A stretch of 64,000 bases of DNA from an uncultured Gammaproteobacteria bacterium (GCA_964431805.1 CAYSKV010000002.1:8025-72024); one strand, 5' to 3'; positions 37,263 through 47,547 are shown, numbered from the stretch's first letter. Translations and numbers: made by a program. Notes: generated by a model from the sequence alone, not told the origin.

Positions 37263-37351
37263 AAAATAAGCCTAAAAATTATATTATTACCCTATCATCT
37301 TTTATAAAAACTTTCAACAAAGCTAATTTTATAAATATTTTATTAATTAAA

Positions 37352-37385
37352 TAAAAAGGCCCGGAAACAAAATTGTTTCCGGGCT
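37352..37385 (-). terminator. Rho-independent terminator
   Basis: A perfect 12-bp stem GCCCGGAAACAA / TTGTTTCCGGGC (37359-37370 / 37373-37384) is followed on the minus strand by CTTTTTATTT. It lies 15 nt after the stop at 37399. Confidence 0.75.
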
Positions 37386-37398
37386 GAAATTATTTTAG

Positions 37399-38115
37399 TT
37401 AGAATGGATAAACCACTCCGGCTATCACTTCATCTTTGCTCACATTAACGAACGGCAAAATTTTAAATTTAGGGTTTTTATAAAGCCTGTATATGGTGAA
37501 CGCTGTATGAGCTAATAATAGCGCCTTAACGAAATCAGTATTTATACCATTCTCGCGCATCATTATAAAATCTTTATAACCGGCCTCAGAAATACTATCA
37601 ACAATTATATAGGCTATATTGTTAATAGCATAAAATGCGGTATAGCCTATAGTAAAAGCATTAATAGTATCTGTCGCGAAGATTAATTCTTGACCTAAGC
37701 CTTGCGCGCCGAAACCCGCAATGGAAATGTTGCGATGTTTTGATCGAGCAGAAGGGCTAAATATAAGATTTCCTTCATCATCTATAAAATCTAATTTTAC
37801 ATTCTCAGCGCGAGCCACTATTATATGACCAGCCTCATGAACAACTTCACTAGTAACACCGCCAAGCATAAACAGAGCAATAAATTTTTGAATCTCTTTC
37901 GCTTGCTCGTCTTCCAATGATCTTTTATCTTGCTTAAAATCTACTCCGCTACTTTGAGGTTTGTTTATTTCTTCTCGCGACCATATTTCTGCGCTATAAC
38001 TCATGCTGTCAGCGTATGTATCATCTCCTATTGGTACTGACGCTGAACAAAGAGTAGAAAACAAACAGACCAGACTAACTGCGACAACAATTACTGCAAA
38101 AATTTTCTCTTTCAT
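37399..38115 (-). CDS. Putative membrane/secreted zinc metalloprotease-like protein (HExxH)
   Basis: 238 aa with an N-terminal signal/anchor (IFAVIVVAVSLVCLFSTLCSA), the stretch LGGVTSEVVHEAGHIIVA with HExxH, and later hydrophobic segments. The family is not recognised. Confidence 0.45.
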   Translation of the reverse strand: MKEKIFAVIVVAVSLVCLFSTLCSASVPIGDDTYADSMSYSAEIWSREEINKPQSSGVDFKQDKRSLEDEQAKEIQKFIALFMLGGVTSEVVHEAGHIIVARAENVKLDFIDDEGNLIFSPSARSKHRNISIAGFGAQGLGQELIFATDTINAFTIGYTAFYAINNIAYIIVDSISEAGYKDFIMMRENGINTDFVKALLLAHTAFTIYRLYKNPKFKILPFVNVSKDEVIAGVVYPF

Positions 38116-38278
38116 CTCCCTTCACCTCTATATTTTATTTTATTCAATTATTTTATATTTTTATCTTTTATTAGCCATAAAATTAGCTAAAAAAAAGTCT
38201 TTTGTTAATGAACTATTAACTTGATAAACTATCATATTCTCTATTTTTCGTCAATTAAAATTTATTTTCCTTGCTTTC

Positions 38279-38307
38279 TTGCCAGGAATACTTTTTTAAT
38301 GTATAAT
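38279..38307 (+). promoter_or_regulatory. Candidate sigma-70-type promoter of uvrA
   Basis: TTGCCA (38279-38284), a 17-nt spacer, then TATAAT (38302-38307), about 50 nt upstream of the uvrA ATG. Confidence 0.5.
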
Positions 38308-38357
38308 TGATTGCATTGTTTTAAATAACTCGGTTATTAATATAATATTTATTATCT

Positions 38358-41228
38358 ATGTCCAACTCAATCAAAATTAAAGGTGCTCGCGTTCATAATT
38401 TAAAAAATATTGACATAGAAATTCCACGCGATAAATTAGTGGTTTTAACCGGCTTATCCGGTTCGGGAAAATCGTCTTTGGCTTTTGATACTATTTATGC
38501 CGAAGGCCAACGCCGTTACGTTGAATCTTTATCCGCTTACGCCCGACAATTTATCGGCCAAATGAATAAACCTGACGTTGATTCTATTGACGGTTTATCG
38601 CCGGCTATTTCCATTGACCAAAAATCAACTTCGCATAACCCTCGCTCAACCGTCGGCACGATTACCGAAATTTACGATTATTTACGCCTGCTTTATGCTC
38701 GCATCGGCGTGCCTCATTGTCCGACTTGCGGTGACAAAATTAAACCCATGTCGATTGATGAAATTATCAGCCAAATTACCGCTGGCTTCCTAAATCAAAA
38801 TATTATAATTTTAGCCCCTTTAATTAAAGATAAAAAAGGAGAACACAAAGGTTTATTAGACGGCGTAGCTAAAGCCGGCTACTCTCGCTTAAGATATGAC
38901 AAGGTTATTTATTCTTTAGAAGAAGTTCGTGATTTAAATGTTGACAAACAAAAAAAACATAATGTAGAAATCGTGATTGACCGATTAACTGTTAGTAAAG
39001 ACAAAGAAGATTTGGCGCGATTAACCGAGAGCGTGGAAAAAGCTTTGGAATTAGGTAACGGTCTAGTTACAGTTTCCGCCTCTCTTATAAAAAACGAACA
39101 AAAAGAATTAAATCGCGAAATTACTTTTTCTAAACTTTCCGCCTGTTCTAAATGCGGCATTAATCTGCCAGAACTTGAACCGCGCAATTTCTCTTTTAAT
39201 TCACCGCATGGCGCTTGCCCTGACTGCTCTGGATTAGGCACAAAATTAGAAATTGACCCAAAATTAATTATTAATTATAATTTAACCTTAGCTCAAGGCG
39301 CAATTAGGCCCTGGGCTCATAGCACGGCTGGCGGACAAGGCTGGATGATGCGTATCTTAGGAACGGTTGCTGAGGCTCAAGGCTTTGATTTAAATACTCC
39401 AATTAAAGATCTAACTAAAAAACAATTAGATATTGTGCTTTATGGTTCTGGCGAAAAAAACTATAACGTTGATTATCAAAGCGACCGTTTTTCCGGCGAA
39501 TTAACTACCGAATTTGAAGGCGTTATCCCTAATTTAGAACGTCGCTTTCAACAAACCGAATCAGATTATGTTAGAAAAGAAATTGAGCAATACATGAGAG
39601 TTTTAGTCTGCCCAACTTGCGGCGGCAAACGTTTAAAACCGGAAATGTTAGCCGTAAAAATTGCGGATATGTCAATTTACGACATCTCGTCAAAAACTAT
39701 TGACCAAGAAAAAAAATTCTTTAACGAACTAACTAATTCAAAAACAATTTCCGCGCGCGATAAAAAAATTGCTACTCAAATTTTAAAAGAAATTTGCGCT
39801 CGCTTAGATTTTTTATCTAACGTCGGTTTAGATTATCTAACTCTTGGAAGAACGGCGAATACTTTATCCGGTGGCGAAGCTCAACGCATTAGATTGGCTA
39901 CGCAAATCGGCTCGGCTTTAATGGGCGTAATTTATATTTTAGATGAACCATCTATCGGTTTACATCAGCGAGACAATAATAAATTAATCGGCACGCTTAA
40001 AAAACTGCGCGACTTAGGCAATACCGTAATTGTAGTTGAACATGACGAAGCGACTATGCTAGAAGCTGACTGGCTGGTTGATATCGGCCCAGGCGCTGGC
40101 GAGCATGGCGGTCAAATCGTAGCTCAAGGCACGCCGCTAACCATAAAGAAAAACGCTAAATCTTTAACCGGGCAATACCTAAACGGAAAAAAATTTATTC
40201 CGGCGCCGGTTCAATATCGCGCTGGCAGCGGTAAAAAATTAACTATTATAAAAGCGAGTGAGCATAATCTAAAAAATATTGACGTAGAATTTCCTTTGGG
40301 CATGCTTATCGCCATAACCGGCGTTTCCGGATCAGGTAAATCAACTTTAATGACCGACATTTTAGCTAACGCCCTAAACCAAAAACTTTACCGCGCTAAA
40401 CAAGTACCAGGTAAACACGAAGCAATTAAAGGCTTGGAAAATATTGATAAAGTAATCAATATTGATCAATCGCCTATTGGTCGAACGCCGCGTTCTAATC
40501 CGGCGACTTATACCGGCGCCTTTACACCGATTCGGGATTTATTTGCCTCTCTGCCTGAAGCTAAAATCAGAGGTTATAAAACTGGGCGTTTTTCTTTTAA
40601 CGTTCCTGGCGGACGTTGTGAAGCTTGCGGTGGCGACGGTATGGTTAAAATAGAAATGCAATTTTTACCCGATGTTTATGTTGAATGCGAAGTCTGCCAC
40701 GGTAAAAGATATAATAAAGAAGCTCTAGAAATTCATTACAAAGAAAAAAATATTTCTGACGTTTTAAATATGACGGTTGAAGAGGGTTTGGAATTTTTTA
40801 AAAATATCCCGGCGATTGAACAAAAACTTTTTACTTTAAACCAAGTTGGTTTAAGCTATGTTAAACTCGGACAATCCGCCACTACTTTATCCGGCGGCGA
40901 AGCGCAAAGAGTAAAATTAGCGACCGAACTATCCCGCCGTGCTACCGGAAAAACTTTATATATTCTTGATGAACCAACGACCGGCTTGCATTTTGATGAT
41001 ATTAAAAAACTTCTACATGTTTTAAATCAATTAGTTGATAAAGGCAACACAGTTTTAATTATTGAACATAATTTAGATGTTATTAAATCAGTTGATTGGA
41101 TAATTGATCTCGGGCCAGAAGGCGGCGACAAAGGCGGCGAAATCGTGGCCCAAGGCACACCTCGACAAGTTGCCAATAACAAGAAATCATATACTGGCCA
41201 ATATTTATCTAAAGTACTCAAAAAATAA
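38358..41228 (+). CDS. uvrA: Excinuclease ABC subunit A
   Basis: 956 aa, starting [54 protein letters not shown]. It has two ABC modules, zinc-finger Cys motifs ([27 protein letters not shown]) and two LSGGE signatures. Confidence 0.98.
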   Translation: MSNSIKIKGARVHNLKNIDIEIPRDKLVVLTGLSGSGKSSLAFDTIYAEGQRRYVESLSAYARQFIGQMNKPDVDSIDGLSPAISIDQKSTSHNPRSTVGTITEIYDYLRLLYARIGVPHCPTCGDKIKPMSIDEIISQITAGFLNQNIIILAPLIKDKKGEHKGLLDGVAKAGYSRLRYDKVIYSLEEVRDLNVDKQKKHNVEIVIDRLTVSKDKEDLARLTESVEKALELGNGLVTVSASLIKNEQKELNREITFSKLSACSKCGINLPELEPRNFSFNSPHGACPDCSGLGTKLEIDPKLIINYNLTLAQGAIRPWAHSTAGGQGWMMRILGTVAEAQGFDLNTPIKDLTKKQLDIVLYGSGEKNYNVDYQSDRFSGELTTEFEGVIPNLERRFQQTESDYVRKEIEQYMRVLVCPTCGGKRLKPEMLAVKIADMSIYDISSKTIDQEKKFFNELTNSKTISARDKKIATQILKEICARLDFLSNVGLDYLTLGRTANTLSGGEAQRIRLATQIGSALMGVIYILDEPSIGLHQRDNNKLIGTLKKLRDLGNTVIVVEHDEATMLEADWLVDIGPGAGEHGGQIVAQGTPLTIKKNAKSLTGQYLNGKKFIPAPVQYRAGSGKKLTIIKASEHNLKNIDVEFPLGMLIAITGVSGSGKSTLMTDILANALNQKLYRAKQVPGKHEAIKGLENIDKVINIDQSPIGRTPRSNPATYTGAFTPIRDLFASLPEAKIRGYKTGRFSFNVPGGRCEACGGDGMVKIEMQFLPDVYVECEVCHGKRYNKEALEIHYKEKNISDVLNMTVEEGLEFFKNIPAIEQKLFTLNQVGLSYVKLGQSATTLSGGEAQRVKLATELSRRATGKTLYILDEPTTGLHFDDIKKLLHVLNQLVDKGNTVLIIEHNLDVIKSVDWIIDLGPEGGDKGGEIVAQGTPRQVANNKKSYTGQYLSKVLKK

Positions 41229-41269
41229 AAATTACACTGGGTAATATTTAATAAAAATTCTAAAAAAAT

Positions 41270-41296
41270 AAGCTTCTTTTTTAAAAAAAGAAGCTT
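41270..41296. terminator. Bidirectional hairpin terminator (uvrA on +; candidate minus-strand transcript on -)
   Basis: The hairpin AAGCTTCTTTTT-tta-AAAAAGAAGCTT is flanked by A-run/T-run on both sides. Confidence 0.6.
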
Positions 41297-41300
41297 TAAT

Positions 41301-41742
41301 GTTTTGGCGAGGAGCCCCTACTAAAAGAAGTTGTGGAGCAAAGCTTAACGAGTAGGAAAAGCGATGCCTTCTTAAGACAGTAGAGACCCCTCAAAATTTT
41401 TAGGGAAGGAGCCTGCTGCTGAAAGGACTGTGGTGAAACCCTTTGCCGGGGAAAGCCACAAAATACAGCAGACTCCTTAAAATTCAGCGCGCCTAAGGCA
41501 GTTAGGCTATATTATAATCAGGGGTTAATAAGGGGTTATTATGATGATTATAATAATTACCGAATTTTTTATTTGGTTAAACGGCTGGTCTGGCGGCTTC
41601 ATGGCAAACCGCCAGACCGAACAGCATATTACGCCGCACCACAAAAGATTCTATCGCTGCAGAAGGTGGTTGGTTAGACCATGCGCGTTACCCGTTACGC
41701 GCGGACAGCAACAGAACCCCACCCATTAAAAGATCAATATTA
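41301..41742. ncRNA. GC-rich, ORF-poor, stem-rich region: candidate structured RNA(s), family not identified (minus strand slightly favoured)
   Basis: The region is visibly richer in G+C than other intergenic DNA. Stems: CTACT..AGAAG (41318-41330) / CTTCT..AGTAG (41368-41383); AAGGAGCCTGCTG (41406-41418) / CAGCAGACTCCTT (41466-41478, one C.A mismatch); GCCTAA (41491-41496) / TTAGGC (41502-41507); GGTCTGGCGG (41587-41596) / CCGCCAGACC (41609-41618); GCGCGT (41683-41688) / ACGCGC (41697-41702). It sits between convergent genes, with a promoter at 41750-41777 (-) and a terminator at 41270-41296. Confidence 0.45.
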
Positions 41743-41749
41743 ATTTAAA

Positions 41750-41777
41750 ATAATACTCTATATACGCCTTTTGTCAA
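41750..41777 (-). promoter_or_regulatory. Candidate promoter firing into the GC-rich region on the minus strand
   Basis: The minus strand reads TTGACA (41777-41772), a 16-nt spacer, then TATTAT (41755-41750). It lies immediately after the stop of the AAA+ ATPase gene. Confidence 0.4.
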
Positions 41778-41779
41778 TA

Positions 41780-43123
41780 CTATCTATAAAATAACAAAAA
41801 ATACGTAAGCGGCATTATATTAATGCCGTTTTTATTTTCCAGCTTATCCTTAGTAATAATTATGCCTTTTTTAAATCCAGCTTGTTTAAAAATATTAAAA
41901 TCCGCTTGGCTAATTTCTTGATTATACCTAATTAAGATGGGTGTGACATTTTCTCCCTGCTTAACTAAAAAATTTATTTCTTTCTTTTTAATATTATCGC
42001 GCCAATAATTTATTTTTATTTCTTCATTTTTAATTAATTGACTAAAAATTACATTTTCCACTAAAGCGGCAAAAACTTGATTATTATGCAAGCGTTCTCG
42101 CGCTAATTTATAATAATTAAGCGAACCGTGAGTATAAGAATAAAAAAGCCAAAAAATAAATGGATCTTGAAAATAAACTTTTTTGGCTTTACGACTCCCC
42201 GCGGAGTCGTCAGCCTGAAAAACTGTTTTAACCGTAAACATTGATTCTAAAATATTTAAATACTCAGCCACGGTTAGATGAGTTTTAGCTTTGGTTTTAT
42301 GAGTTAAAGTTTTATAACCTAGGGGCTGGCCTAAATTTAAAATTAATTTTTCCATTATTTGCCTAGTTAAAATTATATCACGGCCTAATTCAGCCACATA
42401 AGTTAAAAACCAATGCAAAAAACTACTATAAATATTTTGCCTGATAGTTCCATTCTCTTTATAATCATTAATAGCGGAAATAAAACCTCCGGTTAAAAGA
42501 TAAATATCTAAATAATATTCAAGTTTATGTTGGGATTTTAAATAATTTTCTTGGTTTAAATTTTTAAAAATCCCCGGATTGATTAAATTAATAAATTCGC
42601 CAAAAGTTAAAGTGCTTATAGTTATATTTTTAACATAGCTAACTTTAATTTTAGCATCAATAAAAGACGAGGAAGATAAAATAACCGTTGTGTTAATTAA
42701 TTTGCCAGCTCTAATTAAATAATCTATGCCTTTCTGCCAATTTTTTATCATGGTAATTTCATCGATAAAAATATAATGTCGCGCCTTACTTTCCGCCTTT
42801 GAATTTAAAAATAACTTAATCATTTCGTTAAGCTGCTCATAGCTATCAAGATTATGGCAAGAATAAAAAAAGATATTATTCGGATTAACCTTATCTTCTT
42901 CAATTAATTTTTTAATAGCCAACTTTAATAAAGTGGTTTTACCGGCGCCCTTAACTCCGCAAAAACAATAACGTTCATCTTTATCTAAATTAATCTTATC
43001 TAAAACTGCTGGTTGCCATTTTAAAATTTGACGTTCATATTGTTCAATCACTGGATCAAACTTTAAATTTTCGCCGCGCCACCAAGTATTTTGAATAGAA
43101 AGTAATTCTAAATTTAAATCCAT
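41780..43123 (-). CDS. AAA+ ATPase of the AAA_14/DUF4143 (COG1373) type
   Basis: 447 aa with Walker A GVKGAGKTTLLK and Walker B-like YIFIDEIT. The length and C-terminal half are typical of DUF4143 ATPases. Confidence 0.7.
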   Translation of the reverse strand: MDLNLELLSIQNTWWRGENLKFDPVIEQYERQILKWQPAVLDKINLDKDERYCFCGVKGAGKTTLLKLAIKKLIEEDKVNPNNIFFYSCHNLDSYEQLNEMIKLFLNSKAESKARHYIFIDEITMIKNWQKGIDYLIRAGKLINTTVILSSSSFIDAKIKVSYVKNITISTLTFGEFINLINPGIFKNLNQENYLKSQHKLEYYLDIYLLTGGFISAINDYKENGTIRQNIYSSFLHWFLTYVAELGRDIILTRQIMEKLILNLGQPLGYKTLTHKTKAKTHLTVAEYLNILESMFTVKTVFQADDSAGSRKAKKVYFQDPFIFWLFYSYTHGSLNYYKLARERLHNNQVFAALVENVIFSQLIKNEEIKINYWRDNIKKKEINFLVKQGENVTPILIRYNQEISQADFNIFKQAGFKKGIIITKDKLENKNGINIMPLTYFLLFYR

Positions 43124-43137
43124 ATATTAAATTAACT

Positions 43138-43752
43138 TTATTTTATTTCATTCTTGATATGTCTTCTAATATACCAAGCTGCTCCTAATAATATAACTAT
43201 TACGATAACAAAATCAAATCTATGAAAGTAAACTCCGAGCGTATCCCAATTATCACCTAATTTTTTGCCAACATAAGCTAAAGCATAACACCACGGCAAA
43301 GAACCTAAAAAAGTATAAACAACAAACTTTGTAAAATTCATTTTAGCGATACCAGCCGGTAAAGATATAAAAGTACGCACTACTGGCAAAAGGCGTGATA
43401 AAAAAATCGCGCTTGAACCGTATTTATTAAAAAATTTATCGGCTAAATCAAGGTCACGTCTTGAAACTAAAATATATCTACCGTATTTTTCAATAAATAA
43501 ACGTCCGCCATAAATACCAATCACATAAGCCACAATTGAACCGACTACGCAACCTAAGGCTCCGGCCAAAGTAACACCAAGCAAACTAAATCTACCCTGA
43601 GCCACCAAAAATCCAGCGAACGGCATAATTATTTCCGAAGGTAAAGGTATGCAAGCGCTTTCAATCGCCATCATTAAACCAACGCCGAAATAACCGAGCG
43701 TTGAAATAATATTAACCACAAAATGTGTCACCAAGTTTATAATGAAGCTCAT
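43138..43752 (-). CDS. DedA family membrane protein
   Basis: 204 aa. The sequence ..GYFGVGLMMAIESACIPLPSEIIMPFAGFLV.. and ..LLPVVRTFISLPAGIAKMNFTKF.. matches the DedA/SNARE-associated family. Confidence 0.8.
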   Translation of the reverse strand: MSFIINLVTHFVVNIISTLGYFGVGLMMAIESACIPLPSEIIMPFAGFLVAQGRFSLLGVTLAGALGCVVGSIVAYVIGIYGGRLFIEKYGRYILVSRRDLDLADKFFNKYGSSAIFLSRLLPVVRTFISLPAGIAKMNFTKFVVYTFLGSLPWCYALAYVGKKLGDNWDTLGVYFHRFDFVIVIVILLGAAWYIRRHIKNEIK

Positions 43753-43768
43753 TAATTTAAATTTAATT

Positions 43769-45502
43769 TTACATCTCCTCCATCGTCTCTATACCTAATA
43801 AATCCAAACCATTTTTTAATATTTGCTCAACCGCCATAATTAAAACTAATCTAGCTTGTCTAATTTCAATTTTAGCTTTTAAAACCGGCACCGCATGATA
43901 ATAATCATTTAGTTCCTGGGCTAATTCAAATAAATATTTAGTAATTTCCGCTGGATCATAATTTTTTCCAGCCGTCATTACAATTTCCGGATACTTAGCT
44001 AATTTATTTATTAACTCTAATTCTTTAGGCTCGGATAAATTTTTAAAATCAATTGATTTTCCCTGCTCTCGCGATGCGAAGCAGGACAAGAATTTTTTAA
44101 TTTCAGCTTTGCGCAAAATGCTTTGTATCCTAGCGCTGGTATATTGTAAATAGGCCGCCGTATAACCGTCAAAACGCAAGGCTTGATTAATATCAAAAGT
44201 AATTACTTTATTGGCGCCAACTTTAAGCATCTCGAATTTTAAAGCGCCATTAACTATTTTATTTACCGTTTCATTAATTTTTTTCTCACTCCAATTTTTA
44301 TGCCGTTTTTTAGTTTCGCTCATAGCTTTTTTAAAAGCTTGGATACGTAAATCTTCGTAGGTTATAACATTGCCGGTGCGTGACGACATCATACCATCAG
44401 GCAATTTAACAAACTCATAACCTAAATGTTTCATTTCTTTCTTATAACCTAACAACTCTAAAATTTTAAATAGTTGTTTAAAATATAAACTTTGTCTAAC
44501 GTCAACTACGTAAATTGATTTATCAATTTTATATTTTTTAAATTTTTCCTCGGCTAACGGCAAATCGGCCACCGGATATAAAGCCGTGCCGTCGCCTCTT
44601 AATATAACGAGTACGCCTAAATCATATTTATTTAAATCAGCGATAACCGCGCCTTGGCTTTTTATAAAAAAATGCTTGGCATAAAGCTTAGCTACCATAT
44701 CTAAGCCCTTATCTATGGTTTCGCTTTCATAAAAAATATGTTCAAATTTAACATCCAATTCTTTATAAATCTTATTAAAACCATCAATACTCCATTTTCT
44801 GGTCTTTTGCCAGGCTTTATAATTCGCTCCACTTTTCCCTTCAATCTTTTTCATAATTTCCGCTACTTCAGTTTTAGCGGTTTCATTATTTTCTAATTCC
44901 TGGCAAGCGCGAACATAAACTTTGCCTAAAAAATAACCTTTATTTAAGGGTAATTTTTCTTTTTTAAAAAATTTATCTAATGCCCATAAAGTTTTTGCCG
45001 CATGAATGCCAAAATCATTAATATAAGAAACCGGAATGGCTTTATAACCGTTAGCGTTTAAAATTTTAGTAATCGCGTCGCCATAACAAATATTTCGTAA
45101 ATGCCCAACATGATATTCTTTGTGCGTATTGGCGTTAGAAAATTCAATCATGGCTTTTTTATTCTGACCAACATTATTTATGCCATACTTATTTTTATTT
45201 TTTAATATATCTTCAATTACGCCCTGCGCTAGTTTAGCTTTATTAAAAGTAAAATTTAAAAATGGGCCAACAGCTTTAATCGCTATTACCGTATCATTCA
45301 TTTTAATTCTGCCAACTAAAAACTCGCCGACTTCTACGGCGGTTTTATTAAGTTCTCTAGCTAAATTAAAGCAAGGCAAACTCAAATCGCCGAACGCCGG
45401 ATTTGGCGGATAAACTAAATCGGATGCCTTAATTATTTTCTTTTTTAAAGCCTCATTAATCGCATCAGCAATATTTTGTTTTATTTTATCTAAAGCAGAC
45501 AT
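43769..45502 (-). CDS. argS: Arginine--tRNA ligase
   Basis: 577 aa with a HIGH-type motif (NANTHKEYHVGHLRN), an ArgRS N-terminal domain and a DALR-type anticodon-binding C-terminus ending ..ETMEEM. Confidence 0.93.
   Translation of the reverse strand: MSALDKIKQNIADAINEALKKKIIKASDLVYPPNPAFGDLSLPCFNLARELNKTAVEVGEFLVGRIKMNDTVIAIKAVGPFLNFTFNKAKLAQGVIEDILKNKNKYGINNVGQNKKAMIEFSNANTHKEYHVGHLRNICYGDAITKILNANGYKAIPVSYINDFGIHAAKTLWALDKFFKKEKLPLNKGYFLGKVYVRACQELENNETAKTEVAEIMKKIEGKSGANYKAWQKTRKWSIDGFNKIYKELDVKFEHIFYESETIDKGLDMVAKLYAKHFFIKSQGAVIADLNKYDLGVLVILRGDGTALYPVADLPLAEEKFKKYKIDKSIYVVDVRQSLYFKQLFKILELLGYKKEMKHLGYEFVKLPDGMMSSRTGNVITYEDLRIQAFKKAMSETKKRHKNWSEKKINETVNKIVNGALKFEMLKVGANKVITFDINQALRFDGYTAAYLQYTSARIQSILRKAEIKKFLSCFASREQGKSIDFKNLSEPKELELINKLAKYPEIVMTAGKNYDPAEITKYLFELAQELNDYYHAVPVLKAKIEIRQARLVLIMAVEQILKNGLDLLGIETMEEM
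44062..44085. repeat. CCTGC-hairpin element, copy inside the argS ORF
   Basis: The element cctgctctcgcgatgcgaagcagg forms the stem CCTGCT/AGCAGG plus TCGC/GCGA. Its flanks match the intergenic copy at 9825-9856. It is translated as KKFLSCFASREQGKSIDF. Confidence 0.7.
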
Positions 45503-45505
45503 AAT

Positions 45506-46312
45506 TTATAAAATAACTTTTTTAACTTCTTTCAGTTCTCTTCCTAAAAACTTTTTCCCTAATTCTTTAAATTTTTTAACATCATCGGTCGTATAAAAAA
45601 CTAATTTTTTATTTTTCTCTAATTTTTTTTCAATTTCCTCGTGCCGTTTTAAATAATTTACTAACTTTCCCGCCATGACGAGCACTGGATTAACTATTTT
45701 AACTCTTTTTCCCATAAAAGAAGAAATATGGCGTTCCAGCGTTGGATAATGCGTGCAACCTAGAATTAATGTATCAATTTGCTTCACTTTTAATGGCCGT
45801 AAATATTTTTTTAAAATCATTTTAGTTTCAATCTTATCCGTCCAACCTTCCTCAATCAAAGGCACAAGTAAAGGGCAGGCCTGCTGATAAATTTCTAAAT
45901 CGGCTCTTAGTTTTTTTAATTCTTTTTGATAAACTCCGGAATTAATTGTAATAGTCGTCCCAATAACGCCAAGTTTATGACAATTGCTTAATTCTACTGC
46001 TGTTTCCACGGCTGGCACTACGACCCCCAGAACTCTCTTATCCGAATAAAATTTTGGTAAATACTCCTGCTGAATTCGCCTTAAAGCTTTAACCGAAACC
46101 GTATTACAAGCTAAAATTATTAATTCGCAACCCTGTTTAAATAAAAAATCAATCGCTTGTTTTGTATATTCATAAATTACTTCATCAGATTTATTGCCGT
46201 ACGGAGCGCGCGCATTATCGCCTAAATAAATATAATTATAGCTAGGCAAAACACGTAAAAATTCTTTTAAGACGGTTAAGCCGCCAAATCCTGAATCAAA
46301 AACTCCAATCAT
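45506..46312 (-). CDS. murI: Glutamate racemase
   Basis: 268 aa with IGVFDSGFGGLTV, ..IILACNTVS.. and ..LILGCTHYP.. (the two catalytic Cys motifs). Confidence 0.93.
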   Translation of the reverse strand: MIGVFDSGFGGLTVLKEFLRVLPSYNYIYLGDNARAPYGNKSDEVIYEYTKQAIDFLFKQGCELIILACNTVSVKALRRIQQEYLPKFYSDKRVLGVVVPAVETAVELSNCHKLGVIGTTITINSGVYQKELKKLRADLEIYQQACPLLVPLIEEGWTDKIETKMILKKYLRPLKVKQIDTLILGCTHYPTLERHISSFMGKRVKIVNPVLVMAGKLVNYLKRHEEIEKKLEKNKKLVFYTTDDVKKFKELGKKFLGRELKEVKKVIL

Positions 46313-46317
46313 AAAAT

Positions 46318-47547
46318 CTACTTTAAAATTACTTTAACAAATCCTCTTTTACCTTTTTGCAATAGCACGCCCTGTTTTGTAATTTCAATTTTTGTATTTA
46401 TATCTTTTATAATATTTCCATCTACTTTAACTGCACCCTGCTCTACAAGTCTCCTGGCTTCACTTTTGCTCTGAACCAATTTTGATTCAACTAATAAATT
46501 TAATATATTTTTTCCTAATATTAAATTAACCTTTTCCGGAATTATTATTTCGATAGGTTTGTCGGGCGCTTCTTTTTTCTGCACAGTCTTTACAAAATAT
46601 TCCTCAGCAGCCGCGACCTTTTTCTCGCCATGATTAATTTTTGTTATTTCATAAGCCAAACGCATTTTTATATCACGCGGATTTAATCCTTTTTTAATTT
46701 GCTCGACTATACCCTTAACTTCGGCTGATGACAAATTAGTGCATAATTCTAAACCAGCTTCAAGTACTCCATCCGGCCAGGACATAACCTGCCCATACAT
46801 ATTTTCCGGCGTTTCGTCCAAATTAACAATATTACCTTCAGTCTTGCCCATTTTCTTGCCGCTAGCATCAACTAATAATTTCATAGTCAAAACAAACTTT
46901 TCTTTGTTTTTCATGGCTTTCATTAAATCGCGGCCGCAAAGCATATTAAATGTCTGATCATTGCCGCCGACTTCCAAATCAACATCCATAACTACGCTGT
47001 CATAAGCTTGCGCTACTGGATAGAGAAATTCATGTAAATAAATAGGCTTTTCTGCTTTTATTCTTTCTTGAAACATATCGCGAGCAAACATTTGTTGCGC
47101 CGTAAAATTAGAAGTCACTTCAATCAAATCTTTAAAACTTAATTTATCATGCCATTTACTGTTATACATTATTTTAGCCGGATTAGCGCCGCTAAATTTT
47201 ATATAAGCGCTGGCTTGTTTTTTATAATTTTTTGCGTTAGCCAAAACTTCTTTACGAGTTAATTTTTTTCTGGCCGCGGTTTTATCGGTCGGATCGCCGA
47301 TCATACCAGTAAAATCACCGACTAAAAATATTATTTCATGCCCTAATTCTTGAAATTGACCTAATTTCATTAAAGAAATAGCGTTGCCGATATGTAAGGC
47401 CGGCGCACTTGGATCAAAACCGCAATAAATCTTAATTCTTTTTCCGGATAATAAAATTTTTTCAAAAGCTTCGCGATTAGGATAAATATTTTCTACTCCG
47501 CGCATTAAAACTTCCTGAACTTTATTTTTATCGGTTATTATTTTCAT
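46318..47547 (-). CDS. tyrS: Tyrosine--tRNA ligase
   Basis: 409 aa with HIGN (HIGH motif), KMGKT (KMSKS motif) and a C-terminal S4-like domain (SKSEARRLVEQGAVKVDG). Confidence 0.9.
   Translation of the reverse strand: MKIITDKNKVQEVLMRGVENIYPNREAFEKILLSGKRIKIYCGFDPSAPALHIGNAISLMKLGQFQELGHEIIFLVGDFTGMIGDPTDKTAARKKLTRKEVLANAKNYKKQASAYIKFSGANPAKIMYNSKWHDKLSFKDLIEVTSNFTAQQMFARDMFQERIKAEKPIYLHEFLYPVAQAYDSVVMDVDLEVGGNDQTFNMLCGRDLMKAMKNKEKFVLTMKLLVDASGKKMGKTEGNIVNLDETPENMYGQVMSWPDGVLEAGLELCTNLSSAEVKGIVEQIKKGLNPRDIKMRLAYEITKINHGEKKVAAAEEYFVKTVQKKEAPDKPIEIIIPEKVNLILGKNILNLLVESKLVQSKSEARRLVEQGAVKVDGNIIKDINTKIEITKQGVLLQKGKRGFVKVILK

Noticed and set aside
38003-41221. Small ORFs overlapping uvrA and its neighbour (38003.., 38578.., 38909.., 40462.., 41027..)
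   Set aside because: They are embedded in or antisense to a 956-aa ORF with unmistakable UvrA motifs. They are typical shadow ORFs. The same reasoning applies to the other short overlapping ORFs inside argS, tyrS, valS, gyrA, the DHH gene, VanW, uvrB and the giant gene.
41541-41729. 62-aa plus-strand ORF (MMIIIITEFF...QQQNPTH)
   Set aside because: It spans the GC-rich stems of the putative structured-RNA region, has no RBS, has an odd composition and resembles nothing I recognise. It is more likely non-coding.
41301-41742. Calling this region RNase P RNA, tmRNA or SRP RNA
   Set aside because: ACAGAACCCCACCC (41711-41724) superficially resembles the RNase P CR-V block and the 4.5S RNA 3' end. 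However, I found no GAGGAAAGUCC-type P4 partner, no GGAUUCGAC/T-arm/G3:U70 acceptor for tmRNA, and no GGAA-GGAAGCAGCC helix-8 motif. I left it unassigned rather than guess.
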